64,000 bases of DNA from the human T2T-CHM13v2.0 reference genome, Homo sapiens, in assembly GCF_009914755.1 (NCBI RefSeq), contig NC_060929.1. One strand, given 5' to 3'. The notes below the pieces were generated by a model. That model was not told the origin of the DNA. It saw only the letters and a program-made list of their open reading frames with translations, and did no database searches. This document shows positions 1-13,438 of this stretch, one piece after another; the stretch's first letter is position 1, and every line of letters starts with the position of its first letter. The position numbers were made by a program, and so were the translations under genes.

Positions 1-827
1 GGTAACCTGAGGGTTTGATAATTTAAATAACACCATGTTTTCTTCTAGCTCTGATATCTTCATCAGAACTTACTCCCTTTTCACAGGGCTTACACTTTCT
101 AAGTTCCAACTATAAAAGTTTATATTTTCTATATTATCAATTGAATTACTCCTTTTCTGAGGAATGAATAAAGCCAGTTCCAATGTAGAAAAGTGAGAAA
201 AATCAAGAGTAATAGAAAATCGAGTGTGAAGAAGAATTGGTTAATGTTTCAAAAACAGAATCTCACCATTCTATAAATTATTTTCCTAATGTTGCATATA
301 ACTATCAGATTTAGTTTAATGAACTGTCAGAAAGGTGATTAAAGAGAAAATGCTCTCACGCATAGATCGCAAATCTAAAATTTATGTTTATCTTTAAAAT
401 TACTACTCTTATTGGGTCTCAAAAATATTTTCTGAATTCTTAAAATAGTGATTTTAGAATTCAGAAAACTCTCATGGTATTGCTAAGCCATTTAGTATGA
501 CTTTACTTTCCCAATCAAAAGAAATTCTGTTTTATATGAATATTGATTCAGGTCTAAGTCCTGTAGATAAGATTCTAACAACCTACATACACTTTATGGA
601 TAAAAAATGGCAAGATCCATTTTAAGGCCCATAGTTAAATTGCTAATTTGAGAATTTAGCAGTCTTGAATATGCTAGGTTTTCAGCGACTGTGGGAATTT
701 TTAATTTTAAACACTGATTGAAATGTTCTTAACAAGTTAGATAAGATACATTCTTTATTCCTTTTTCTGCTTTTTTTTTTTACTTTTACTTGTTCTGATA
801 TATAGAAATTGTTTTCTCAAAAGTGTT

Positions 828-2424
828 TCATATGGTTTATATGTTTTCTCCCCTCCAAATCTCATGTTGAAAGGTGACCTTCAGTGTTGGAGGTGGGTCT
901 AGTGAAAGGTGTTGGGTCATGGGGGTGGATCCCTCATGAATAGCTTGGTGCTGTCCTTGTGGTAATAAATGAGCTCTCTCACTGTTTGTGTTCAAGTGAG
1001 ATCTGGTTGTTTAAAGCAGCCTGTCATCTCCTACCTCTCTCTCTTGTTCCTACTCTTGCTACTTGATGCACTATCTCTCCATTCACCTTCCACCATAATT
1101 CTAAGCTTCCCCAGGGCCTCAGCAGAAGCTCAACAGATGTGGGTGCCATGCTTTTACAGCCTGGAGAAGCATGAGCCAAATAAACCTCTTTTCTTTATAA
1201 ATTACCCAGCCTCAGGTATTTTTTTATAGCAATACAAGCAAGCTAATATAGAAAATTGGTACCAAGGAGTAGGGAATTTCTATAAAAATATCTGAAGACG
1301 TGGAAGTATCTTTGGTAGTGGGGAACAGGCAGAGTTTGGAGGTCTCAGAGAAGACAACAGGGAATGAGAAAAAGTACAGAACTTCATGAGACTTGTTAAA
1401 TGGTTGTGACCAAAATACTAATGAAAATACTGCCAGTGAAGACCAGGCTGATGAGGTCTCAGATGGAAATGAGAAAGTTATTGGGAATTAGGGCAAAGGT
1501 CACATTTGTTACACTTTAGCAAAGAACTTGGCTGAATTGTGCCCATGCCCCAGGACTCTGTGGAAGTTTGAACTTAAACAGTGATGACCTAACGTATCTA
1601 GCAGAAGAAATATCTAAGCAGCAAAATTTTCAGGGAAGCAGAGTATAGAACTTTGGAAAAGTCACAACTTGACCATGTGATAGGGAAGGAAAAATCATTT
1701 TCAGGATAGAAATTCAAGTGGCATATGGTGCAACCACTTTCTATAGAGATTAGCGTAACTCTGTAGAGCCAAATGCTAATAGCTGAGGTAATGGGAAAAA
1801 AGCCTCAAAGACATTTTAGAAATCAGTGAGGCAGTCCCTTTCACCATAGGCCCCGAAGCCTAGAAGAAAAGAATAGGTTTTAGGGACAGGCCTAGGGCTC
1901 TACTGCCGTGTGTGACCTCAGGACCCTGCTCCCTGCATCCCTGCTACTCCAGTTCCAGTTGTGGCTCAAACGACCTACAGCTCAGGCCACTGTTTCAGGG
2001 GGTGCAAGCCATAAGTCTTGGTGGCTTCTGTGTGATGTTAAGCCTGCCGGTGTGCAGAATGCAAGAGTTAAGGGAGCTTGTCAACTTTCACCTAAATTTC
2101 AGAGGAGATACCAGAAAGCCTGGGTGCCAAGGCAGAAACCCACTGCAGGAGCAGAGTCCCCACAGAGAGACTCTACTAAGGTTAGATCTAGTTGTTTAGA
2201 AGATTCTGGTATCTCCTCCCTCTTTCTCTTGCCATGTGATGCACTGGCTGCCCCTTCATCTTCTACGATGATTGTAAAGCTTTCTAAGGCACTCAACAGA
2301 AGTTGAACAGATGCAGGTGTCATGCTTGTATAGCCTGTAGAACCATGAGTCAAATAAATCTCATTCCTTTACATATTACCCAGCTTCAGGTATATCTCAA
2401 CAGTAATGCAAACAGGCTAACACA
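828..2424 (+). mobile_element. MaLR MST-type element (MSTB-like): 5' LTR ~828-1250, internal region ~1251-2180, partial 3' LTR ~2183-2424
   Basis: LTR start TATGGTTT...CAAATCTCATGTTGA. LTR end AATAAACCTCTTTTCTTTATAAATTACCCAGCCTCAGGTA is seen twice. MaLR internal start GAAAATTGGTACC. Flanks GTGTT (823-827) and GTGAT (2425-2429) fit a 5-bp TSD with 1 mismatch. Confidence 0.85.
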
Positions 2425-3820
2425 GTGATCAAAGGGGAGTTAGGGAGAAGTGAGGCTTATGTATATTATTCTATCATTTTTGCTAAAAATTTTATAGCAC
2501 ATTCAATTAGTTATAGAATTGATCTTTTATGAGAAGAATAATCAAAGGGAAATATAATAATCATATAAGTTATAGATAATTCATCAGAATTTTCTTCTTA
2601 TTCTTTTATACCAATTGTGGTTTTTAATTCCTGGGTTTTCTCAAGAGGAAAGTATTTCAAATGCTCACCTGAAAACTGCAGAAAGAAAAAGAAAATCTCC
2701 TCATGTCACTTAAAAACTATCCAATGTTGTCTAATATAATCTGACTCTGTATGTAGATAAACTAGAAACATGTGAAGAATTGCTTCAATGAGAGTGCTCC
2801 AGATACCTATTGTGTTAACAGATCCTTTTCCTGTGTGAGCAGTGAAATAAATCTTCTCATCTTGAGGAATTACCAACAAATTATTACTCAAATTCCTACT
2901 AGCAGAATGTAACCAAACAATAGAAATAACAAAGGAAAGTATTACCTCAAGAGAGGAAGCATTGTTACCTTATTCATGAATTTCAAAACAGCACTTTGCT
3001 TTTGTTCATTACATGTTCTCAAAAAATTGCTTTTTAAGTAAAAGCAAAGATTTAGTGAATGAAAATAAAATGACATGTTCCCAAAAGCCTGTTCAGTGTG
3101 AAACTTTTCCTAAGACTTCTAAATTTCCCATTTTTATAAATCTTCAGTTCTAAAATATAATTACTGTTATTAACTGTATATAGAATATAACTATTGCTGA
3201 AGAGAGAGATTTGATCATTGAAAAGTTCACAACTTATTTCATTTATTGTTGCAACTGATGCTGCCTTGAGTATTTCAATGTATTTTTTTAAAAATCCATA
3301 TAATGCAAGATTGCTGATATAGGAATTTGAATAGTATTCAGTGTAGTTTTATAGAGAAACAGTCTCGATCTGGAAAAAGAACTTTTGAATGTCACATTTA
3401 CATATGTGCTTGAAATTCAATATTGGCAAACAAAGCATGAGAATCAATATTTACTTTGAGCAGTCTTTGTCTTATCCACTAATATTTCCACAAAAATTTA
3501 GAGATTATATTAAGAAGTTGAAAAAATTCTTATCACAATTTAGCTGAAATGTTAACATAAAAATGATTTTTTAGAGTATGAATGAGATAAATACTTTTCT
3601 CATGCATTTCAATGCCATCTGTATTCTTCCGAAGTAGGGTTCTATTGAGCCAGAGAATAATGTAACAGCTGTCAGAGTTACTTTGTCTTCTTAATGCTCA
3701 TATACTAACAACATGTCATTGACCGTTGCCTTCTCCATTGTGTCTGCTCTTCCAGAAGCACTCAAATAGTGAAATAGCCTCTAAATTGCATCATCTCATG
3801 CTATTCACCATGGAAAACAC

Positions 3821-3948
3821 AGAGAATATAACTTTGTTTTAAATAGATGTATCTAAGGCTATTCATTAAATATTAGGTAAAGCAAACAAACTCTGAAGAC
3901 ATTCCAAACTCTGAGTTTCAATGATTGTAGGAAAGTGTTAGATAACTT
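3821..3948 (+). repeat. Left arm of a 128-bp inverted duplication (partner 5174-5301)
   Basis: The reverse complement of 5174-5301 aligns without gaps and with 4 mismatches by manual comparison. Confidence 0.95.
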
Positions 3949-4229
3949 TGTGATTTAGCAGGTTTTATTAGAAAATGAGTAGTATGTGTGTTTGTATTGG
4001 ATAATTAATTTTGCCTTTATGGTTTCTATATTGCTACTTTGGACTAGATAAAATAAAAATTACCTCAGTTTGGAATCTTCCAAGTGTTTTCTGGATCTTG
4101 CAAGTTTTCTTTTAAAAATTTTACTTCATCCATGAGCTTTTTATTAAAACTGGATTCATCCTTGAAAGCAGTGTGCTTGACATTTTCAAAAAAACTTGAC
4201 ATATAATAACATTATAATATAATGTAATA

Positions 4230-4410
4230 TTTAAAAGGTAGGAATTCAGAATCAAATTCTTTTGGTCCAGTTACAGAGCCTCTCTAAGACCAAATTTTTC
4301 CTGTTTTAGACACTCAGGAGATAGTCCTACCTTGTAGAATTACTGTGAGGGGTAAATTACACAGCGAAAGCAAAGCACTTAGCAGAGTGCTTTACAAAAT
4401 TTGAGTATTA
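4230..4410. mobile_element. MIR fragment
   Basis: MIR-like core: GATAGTCCTACCTTGTAGAATTACTGTGAGG...AAAGCACTTAGCAGAGTGC. Confidence 0.6.
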
Positions 4411-5173
4411 TTATCACTTACTATAAATAGCAATAGCTCATAAATTTTATGTAAGAGAAATGGCTCCAAACCACCTTTGGCTTTCTACTTATGTCAAGTC
4501 TAAATATATCACTTGAACAATAAAGCTCAACTTCAGACAAATTTAAACTCATAGCATGAAAATAACTTTTTTTGTGTAACAGATTGCAACACTCTACATT
4601 TATTTTGAATGCTCCTTAATGAGTTTTCATTTTAAATGATTTGAAAAAGGATATCGTTAAACTACTTTAGTTTATATAGCTCCAAACTTGAAATGAATGC
4701 TTGAATGTAATTTTTTTTTTGTAGCCAAATAAATCCAATGTTTCAAGGGCAGAGAGATGTTGAGTGTTTTTTTTTTCTTTCTTTCTTTCTTTTTTACGTT
4801 ATTTTAGCACAAGATGGGCTCTATGATGGACTGAATCACTTATTCACAATGATTTGTTCCTTCTCACTTTAGCTATGTTTTCCTGAAGGTGATGGATAAG
4901 TCCTTAGTTCTTATGAATTACTAATAGAAGTGTGTGGTATGCATGAATGTCATAAATGCAACAGTATTAAGTTTAAGAACTATTCATTATTTATTACATA
5001 TTATATTTTTCTATTTATTAACAAGGTCATATGAGTCTAGTCTGATATACTGCCCAACTTTATTGATATACTATTCAAAATTATTATAACTTTTTAGTTG
5101 AAATTACTCAGTTACATAGCAGACATAACTATGTTATATATGTAAATGTAAAATATGTAAGTTTATTAATGTG

Positions 5174-5301
5174 AAGTTATCTAACACTTTCCTACAATCA
5201 TTGAAACTCAGAGTTTGGAATGTCCTCAGAGTTTATTTGCTTTACCTGATATTTGATGAATAGCCTTAGATACATCTATTTAAAACAAAGTTATATTCTC
5301 T
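5174..5301 (-). repeat. Right arm of the 128-bp inverted duplication (partner 3821-3948)
   Basis: 124/128 identity to the reverse complement of 3821-3948. Confidence 0.95.
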
Positions 5302-5814
5302 TGGTGGGTTCTTTTCAGAGGCTATTAATTTTAAAAGAATGTTCCTTTGAAAAAAAACCTTCTTTAAAAATTAAATAAGAAAAAATGTATTACCTATAAT
5401 AGAATTGCTATAGGTTGTTGTTTTCTGAAATTTTCTAATTTTGTTAGTTCTAGCCATATGATTCAATAATTATCAATTTATTAACTAATTAGTATACTTA
5501 ACTAGTATCATTTTAATTGTTCCAATGTTTATGACTTACATGCACACAGAGAGAGAGAGAAGCTTTTTTCAGTTGGGAAGACATTTTATACAATTTCTTT
5601 TGTATTTCTAGTTCTCTAACATGTTCTGTGCAGTCTTTGCTTTCCTGCTTGTCAGATGAAATGCCTAATTACACGCATACTTCTACACTTGTGCACTGGT
5701 GAACTGCTTATTGTGGAGAGTTAACTGTGAAGTTTGTAATTTTCTTTAATAATGTTCGTGTATATTTATGATATTTATGTTTATGCGTGACTTTTTTCTG
5801 GATTGTAGAGATTC

Positions 5815-5846
5815 TTTCTCTTTCTCTCTTTTCTTTCTCTCTTTTC

Positions 5847-5897
<51 letters not shown>

Positions 5898-5910
5898 CTT
5901 CTTTCTTTCA
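5815..5910. repeat. (TTTC)n / CT-rich microsatellite
   Basis: Directly visible. It explains the low-complexity ORFs at 5708-5995. Confidence 0.95.
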
Positions 5911-8900
5911 TTCCTTACATCCTTCCTTCCATTTTGCTGTCATTTTATTTACTTTTTTTGTATTAATGATACTATACTGCTTCTTAGAGAATTAATGCCA
6001 GTCATTTGAAGCATTAATTACTTCCTGTAATACCAAGTGTCCATAATATCACGTTCTATGCCAGTTTTTGTTTGTTGGTTTGCATTTGCTTGTTTTGAGG
6101 ATAATTTCCCAATATATTAGAGAAGCAAATATAAAATCTATCAGCTAAAGGTGGAAAAAAAATAACTTTTAGTAAAAAAAAAAAAAGAAAAATCAACTTA
6201 TTTTTCTAAGCCCTTCTTACATGATGTTGATAAGTCACGATTTCTACAAGGCTACTTAGCCTTCTCAGAAAAGGTATCACAGCTATTTGAGGCAATCAAT
6301 TATACTCACGTGGCGCTATAGAAAGAACGTGCTGAGTCCATCCATTTTGCCCCCTTCTTGAAAGCTAAAGTAGCACATATGCTAGGGACTTATCCAGAGC
6401 CTTCTTAAATCAACCTCAGCAATTGTTTCCTTGAGAAAGTTTTACAGTCTGAAGATGTTTTCCCTGGTTTCACTTTCTCACAAGAGAAAGTAGACAACAA
6501 CTCAAGAAACCATGAGTTGAGACCAACTAAATATGCCTCTGTATCCCCAGGCTGAAAATAAATTCTAAGGATCTGGAGATATTATTCCTTCTTTGCAAGC
6601 CATTGTGTTTATCTTTTCCAATCTACCATCACTTATTTCTGATAACAATATAACTTTTCTCTAAGTTATAAACGGCTCACTGGGTCTATAAATGAAGTAA
6701 ATATACATAGAGTTACTAGGAAGTTATTTACATTTGAAATAGCTAATACATTTTTCATATCTGTAAAACCTACAAGTTCTTATTTTGCCCTCTATAAATT
6801 TAGTACTATTTCTGCTCATTCCAGTCATTTCTTTACATTTTTAAATTATATTTTATGGCTTTTTGGATAGAGGAATTATGCAGATAAATACCCTGTGTAA
6901 CAAAATGTTAATTTTGTTGTAGCTATGAGCTACACGATTTTGGTCATGAAAAGAGCAAGCAAACTAGATTTGGCAGAAATTAAAGTAGTCCCAATTCAGC
7001 AGTAACCTTACACAAAACCTAGATTCTCTTGTAATAAAATCAGACAAACTAGATTTGTATATAATTAGATCAGCATAATTAAATTCCCCATCTCTTAGGG
7101 AACATCAGAATGCACATGCGTAGGATTCATTATTTTTTCCCTTTGTCCCTAGTTGCAGTAATGAAAATCTACACCCAAGAACTCAGCTGGGCCTGCCACT
7201 TAAGAAGAGAAGTTCTTTTCCATTGATACTCCTTAAAATTAACTTTGCTGAAAAACTAATTGTATTTTTTAGAAAAACAATGTTGCAATATTTTCCATTA
7301 AGTTTAATTTGATTCCATTGTTCATCCACAATTTTAAATAATAAAGTTCTTTTTAAGACAATTAACAATCAGGGATTAAGAATGCAAAAGTGCATTCTTT
7401 TGTCATGATGAATTTTTTAAATAATCAAAAGACTTGTGTTGATCAACATCAATACAAATTTTGTTTTCACACTTTAGCTCTGCCATTAAAAATAAAAAAA
7501 TTATTAGGAAATATAATTAATATTTATTGATTTTTGTTTGATATATAGATTTTCTATGATTTTTACAATCTTCACATGAATTGCCATTATCATTTTTCTT
7601 AAAATGAACATGTTATTTAAAAAGCTATACATAGTTGGTTTAAAGTTTACTATAAGATATGCACATTATCAAATTATAAATTAAGATAAAAAATAATGTT
7701 GGCCAAAATATGCTACCCAAACCCAGCATGAAAAATAAGCAATTTCAAAAAAAAAATTATTTAAAAAAAAAAGAGCAGGTATAAAGAATACAAGGTGTAA
7801 AATACTTCCTCATTTACTCATCTCTAAATATAGGTGTTACTACTGGAACAAGGATGAGGATTATGTTAAATGAATGAAGTCAATCTTCTTCAATATACAC
7901 CTTTCTAAATGCACTATCCTTCCCCCAAGGACTAGATGAATTTTCTAGTATAATTCAAAGAAAACCAGTGCAGAGTTTAATCAAGCATGATTTTTAATTT
8001 TACTCCCACACCCATAACCTCTTGAGAGACTATTCTAGCAAAGTCTTTCTTCAGCAGAGAATGATTTATGTTTCCATATTCCAGAGACAAATGCTTTTTT
8101 CTTATACTCTGTAAAACACACCTCTCCTTGTTATTATCTTCCAAGTTGTCCTTTAAGGCATAGCGTAAAATATGCTTATTTGTGACTCCAAAAATAAGGC
8201 TTACAATAACTAAGGAAAAAAAGATAATGGGCTGTAAGCCTGATCAATGTTAAATTCAGAATCCAGAGAGAAAAATAATAATAAGCAGCTGTCAATGTTT
8301 CCATCAAAACTCCTTTAGAGGTATAATATTTAGGGAGATGCTTTGACATACACTCCTTTTCTGTTCAGAAACTTCCTCATTCCATGATTCCCAAACTCAA
8401 TAATTTAGTTCATTTATATTTCTCCTTAGTATTTTAGGTGATATTTCTTCATGAAACTTCAGCTCACAATTATGCAAAAATATCAGATAGCTATATGCTT
8501 CCATATATCTTGTGCTTCATATTTACTGCACTTAACAGAATTTTAAATAAATATTTTGTTCTATTATTACTTTTTAAATTATCTGTGGCAAAAATCAGCC
8601 TCCCCAGTCCCCACAGTTTGATAATAACACACAGTTTACCCCACACGTGGAGTATCATGCAAATTTAACAGCACCCCAGCTTTTAATGAAATCAGTCCAC
8701 TCATCACATACTTGACTACAGAGACAATATCACATTGCTCTAAGATTCTCTTCTCAACTTCTGTACTTATTTCAGCACAGACTGGTAACAATTTATGCAT
8801 GACCATTCATTTATTAAACATATTGTAAGTGTCGCAAGCTGTGCAATTGAATATGTAATTTAGGTGTTACCTGCTGGAAAGAAGATAACAGGAGCAAGAA

Positions 8901-9585
8901 TCTGTTGGTCATATTTCCTGCTGTACTCTTAGTAATGAGCACAGTGACTTTGTGCATAAGAGGTAAGGTCTTTTACCAAAACTTACTACAGAAATTATAT
9001 CTAGGAATTACATATTATCTAATTTGGTTGAAGATTCTTCAGCGTGAATATTCAAAATATCAATTATCCATTTTGATACAACTCTTTTTAAAAAGTATAC
9101 ACAATAGAAAACATAAATATTCTTAAGAATCTAATGAAAAGACCAGTATGATGTCTGTGTGGCATATTTATATGGGAATTGTGAGAGGTAGGCTACAAGT
9201 ACAGGGCAAGACTAAATCATGAATATTTTGGAATTAGTGAAGACTCTGAATTTATTTTACAAGCAATATGGTAGCAAGGAAGTTTTCTGAGAAGATGGCC
9301 ATATAGTCAGAGGTAGTTTTTAGAAAATTTAGTAAGTCAGTGGTTTGCAACATGTCTTGGTGAGGTTGATGACAGAAAGAAGAAATGGCAGTTCATTAGA
9401 TAAATTGCATGCAGAATATTAATTGGATTGGAAATGTTCAGAAAACTGTCATATAATTTCTAACTTGCTTATCACTTTTATGGTAATAAATTTTATTCTA
9501 TTTTTAAATTAATTTTGCTTAATTTTTCATCCCATGAACAGCACATTTTTTACTAAATTGATAATGCAAAATTTATCAAACCTGG

Positions 9586-9960
9586 TGATATGGTTTGGCT
9601 TTGTGTCCCCACCAAGTCTCATCTTGAATTGTAATTTCGAAATCCCCATGTGTCCTGGGAGGAGCACAGTGGGAGCTAATTAAACCAGGGTGGCAGTTCT
9701 CCCATGCTGTCCTCATGATAGTGAGTGAGTTTTCTTGAGATCTGATGATTTTATAGGGGCTTTTTATCCCTTCACTTTGCATTTCTCTCTCTCCTGTTGC
9801 CATGTGAAGAAGGACATGTTTGCTTCCCCTTACACCATGATTGTAAGTTTTCTGAGGGCTCCCCAGCCTTGTGGAATGGTGAGTCAATTAAAACTTTTTC
9901 CTTTATAAATTTTCCAGTTTTGAGCAGCTCTTTATGGCAGCATGAGAATGGACTAATACA
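9586..9960 (+). mobile_element. THE1-family (THE1D-like) solo LTR
   Basis: TGATATGGTTTGGCT...GGACTAATACA, 375 bp, with a perfect 5-bp TSD CCTGG (9581-9585 and 9961-9965). Confidence 0.92.
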
Positions 9961-10710
9961 CCTGGTAGACAAAAAGTAGGACTACCTAAAGATACCTTAC
10001 CTTTACTTTTAGTACCTTACCTTTAGTAAGAGGCATAAATACTAGAATACAGAACTAATCTCCATAGATATTCTAGATATTGACATTTCTGTGATGGAGT
10101 ACAATAGTCTTTGTGATATAAAGACATTTCCTCCAAACACAATTCCAGGAAACAGGAAAAATGTTTGATAGCATCACTGGATTCTGGAGCCAAAATTTGA
10201 TGCAATTAGTTACCATGTATTTAGTACAACCCAATTCAGAAGATTCATGAAAACGTTCAATCTTGAACCCTTAAATATTCTCCATGATCAGTTAGTATTG
10301 GATCCATCAAGGCTTAAATCTCAGTATACGAAGCTACACTCCATAATGAAGTGAAAAGGACAAATATGCGGTAAGACCTATTCAAATCCAAAAGACCAAG
10401 TAGGTTACACATGGTAGTTTCTTGTTTTTCTATGATAGCAGCATTGCTTCCTCTCTCTACTCTCCTATAAACTTATGTGGATTTCCATTAAAAAGTTAAA
10501 AGTAAAAGGAAAGAGGTAGGCTTGATTTACATATAGATACTCTGCTTAAATGGACCTTCTAAAATAAACTGAGGTAGGAATGCAGTGTTTCTTAGGTATA
10601 GCTGTAAAACACAGGGGAAAAGTACGTTTCCATGTGGCAGATCTTTCATCAGTACATTCGATTGTCCACTTTTCCCGAATAGAAGAGATTCCAGAGTTAC
10701 AGATTTATAC

Positions 10711-10892
10711 AAGGGTTTCACAATGTCAACATTATTAACATTTGTGCCAGAAAAATCCTTGTCGTGGAGGGCTGTCCATGTGCATTGCTGGATACTTCAT
10801 AGCATCCTTTGGCTCTACCCACTAAAATGCCAGTAGCATAGTGAAAACAACAAAAAAGTCTCCAATATTGTTCCCTCTCACATTGAGAACAA
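10711..10892 (-). mobile_element. MER20 (hAT-Charlie) DNA transposon remnant
   Basis: Matches the reverse complement of the recalled MER20 consensus (GGCTGTCCATGTGCATTG...AGCATCC...CTCTACCCACTA...TGCCAGTAGCA). Confidence 0.8.
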
Positions 10893-10929
10893 TTAATTTA
10901 TAATAATTATTGGGCTATTGTTAATTGTT

Positions 10930-11720
10930 TAGCTGGATGATTGGGTACTTGGAAGAGGTGAGACTGAGAAGGGGTAGCAAGTAATTCTGGGAAAGCAGTA
11001 TGTTAAATGTACCTCACAGAATATGCACAGGCTGTGAGCACGTTTGTGTCCCATGCTCACCAAAGTACATGCACTCTAGAAGATCCCTGAGTCACTCAGT
11101 AGAAAAGATAGATGCCTATCAATTTTCCTAAGCGACCACCTCAAAGTTTGCTCAATGGACTAATGAACAATCACATTTATATGGTAGTGAGATGAAGGTT
11201 GTATATGTATTTTATCTCTCAATAAGCTGTATGTGGAATAAGTATCCAACCGTTCAAGAACAAATACCAAAAAAGTTACTGATAAATCACAATTCCCTGG
11301 GGAAAGTAACCAGCCAACCAGTGGTGGGGAAAAAAAACTGGGCCCTTCTGATAATACATGAAGTTGTTATTTGTCCTGGAATAGACACATAATCTGGATA
11401 TAGATGTGCTTTACCTTTCTCTCTCCCTCCCCCTACACTTTCTTTACTATTGTTTCTTGAGCTATACTGTACCTCACTGTCCATCTAATAATGTTCCAAT
11501 TTGTTCATTGTTACATAGAACATGATTTATTGCAGTTGTTCCGGCAGATGTTTATGGAATTAACTGAACTCACCGTGTGTCTATGATTCAGAAGTTGTTG
11601 TCCCTATAGAACATTGTGATATCTATTAACATACCTTTTATAACGTTAACCTGAGTTTCAGTAATGTCGCAAAAAAATACGATATATGCTCTGATCCAGG
11701 GGAAATTTCATGTCATCATT
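10930..11720 (+). mobile_element. Ancient ERVL-class pol (RNase H/integrase) remnant
   Basis: Degenerate motifs: CACAATTCCCTGGGGA...CCAGCCAACCAGTGGTG (TIPxGxQPATWW-like) and GGAATAGACACATAATCTGGATATAGATGTGCTTTACCT (GIDTYSGYGFAFP-like). Many stops and frameshifts. Confidence 0.7.
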
Positions 11721-11764
11721 TTTGTCTTAGCTAGACAAAGAAAGAGTGGGTATATAAATGGTAT

Positions 11765-12500
11765 ACATATTTTGTTAGATTTTTACCAAAGTACTTCATG
11801 TTATTTAGTGCTGTTATAAACGGTATTGTATTTTTTGTTTCAAATTCCAGTTGTCTATCAAAGGTATATAGAACAGCAACAACCTTTTGTACATCAAACT
11901 AGTATGTTACAACGTTGCCGCAATAGCTTATTCGTGGCTGAATTTTCTTTTGGTCAATTTTTGGGGATTTTTTTACATAGACAATGATGTTATCTATGAA
12001 CATAGATAGTTTTATTTCTTCCATCTCAAACTGTGTAACTTTCATTTTCTTTTTTGTCTTGTTGCATTAGTCAGGATTTTAGCAAAATGTTGAATAGGAG
12101 ACATGAGAGGTGACATCCTAGCCTTGTTCCCAATCATAGGATGATAGAATCTAGCTTCTCTCTACTAGATATCATGTTAGCTCTGCTTTTTAAAAATATA
12201 TTCTTTATTGATTTGAATTAATCCTCCACTATTTCTAATATGCTAAGAATCCTTTTTCTTGAAAAAAAGTGTTGGATCTTGTCAAACACTTTTTCTGCAT
12301 AGATGGATATCATCGCATGGTTTTTTTTTGTTAGCCTGTTGATGTGGTAAATTACATTATTTTATAATATTTTCAAGTATTGACACAGCCTAGAAAAACT
12401 GAAATACGTCTTGTGTAGTTGTGGTATACATTATATATAATTCTTTATATAACTTCTTAGATTTGCTGTAATAATAATTACTTGACAATGTTTACATCTA
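11765..12500 (-). mobile_element. Old L1M ORF2 fragment
   Basis: Antisense L1 ORF2 motifs: ATGTTGAATAGGAG...GAGAGG.GACATCC..GCCTTGTTCC and TTTTCTGCAT. Confidence 0.8.
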
Positions 12501-13221
12501 TCTTTCTCTGCTTTTAATTTGTTTTATTTAGACCATGTATCAAGTGATTGTTGATATAGTTAGATTAATATCTACCATATTTTACTCCTTACTAAAGTTG
12601 CACTTGTTTGGTTCTTTTCTTATCTTCCTCTCTTTACTTGCCTTCTGTGGTATGAATTGAATACTTTATGTGATTTCATTTTATCTTCTCTTAGGATATC
12701 AATAATATTTTCTTTATAAATTTTATAGTGATTATTCTTAAATGTTTTTTGTTTAATTTATTTTTAAATTTCAACCAGTTATACTTGATTCTCTGTGGAG
12801 AAAGTCCACAGGACTCCTCATATTGTTATCCCTAAAGTACTTCTGTTCTGCTCAGGTGTTGATTTGATTTAATTTGATGAAATTGAAACTGAACTTTTAT
12901 ATAAACTTAGGAAGAATTGACTGCCTAACTAAATTAACTCTTTGAATCAATGAGCATTAAATACCTTCCTGATTTATTTATATGATTTTTCTTTTGTAAT
13001 GTTTCTTAACTTTCCTTATACAGGTTTTTAAAATTTCATTAGCTATATTTTGAAGGATTTTATTTTTTATTCCATTATAAATGGAATAAAGCAACACTAT
13101 AGAATATGTTATGGTGAACAAAATGTTCTTAGTGTTAATAGGAGATGGGTTACATGAGAAAATGAATTTATCAAAACTAAACAATGTAATCAAGATCTGT
13201 ATATTTTAGCTTATTTAATGT

Positions 13222-13438
13222 ACTGGTTCTCAGTCAGAGGTTATTTTGTCCTACCCTCAAGGAATATTTAGCACGGTGTGAAATCATTCTTGTTTTTAAC
13301 ACCAGTGTGGAGGTGATAATGGCTTGATGAGTAAAATCCATGGATGCTGCTGGACATTCTAAAACTCCTAAAACAGGTCCCATGTAACAAATAATTATCC
13401 AGCCTAAAAGAGCAATAATGCTGCTGTTTAGAAACTCT
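13222..13438 (+). mobile_element. MER20 DNA transposon remnant
   Basis: TGGTTCTCA...ATTTTG...GGATGCTGCT.GACAT.CTA...AACAAA.AATTATCC.GCC...GAAAC.CT matches the recalled MER20 consensus. Confidence 0.75.

Noticed and set aside
969-2353. ORFs of 84-132 aa
   Set aside because: They fall inside the MST LTR and internal region and are decayed repeat frames.
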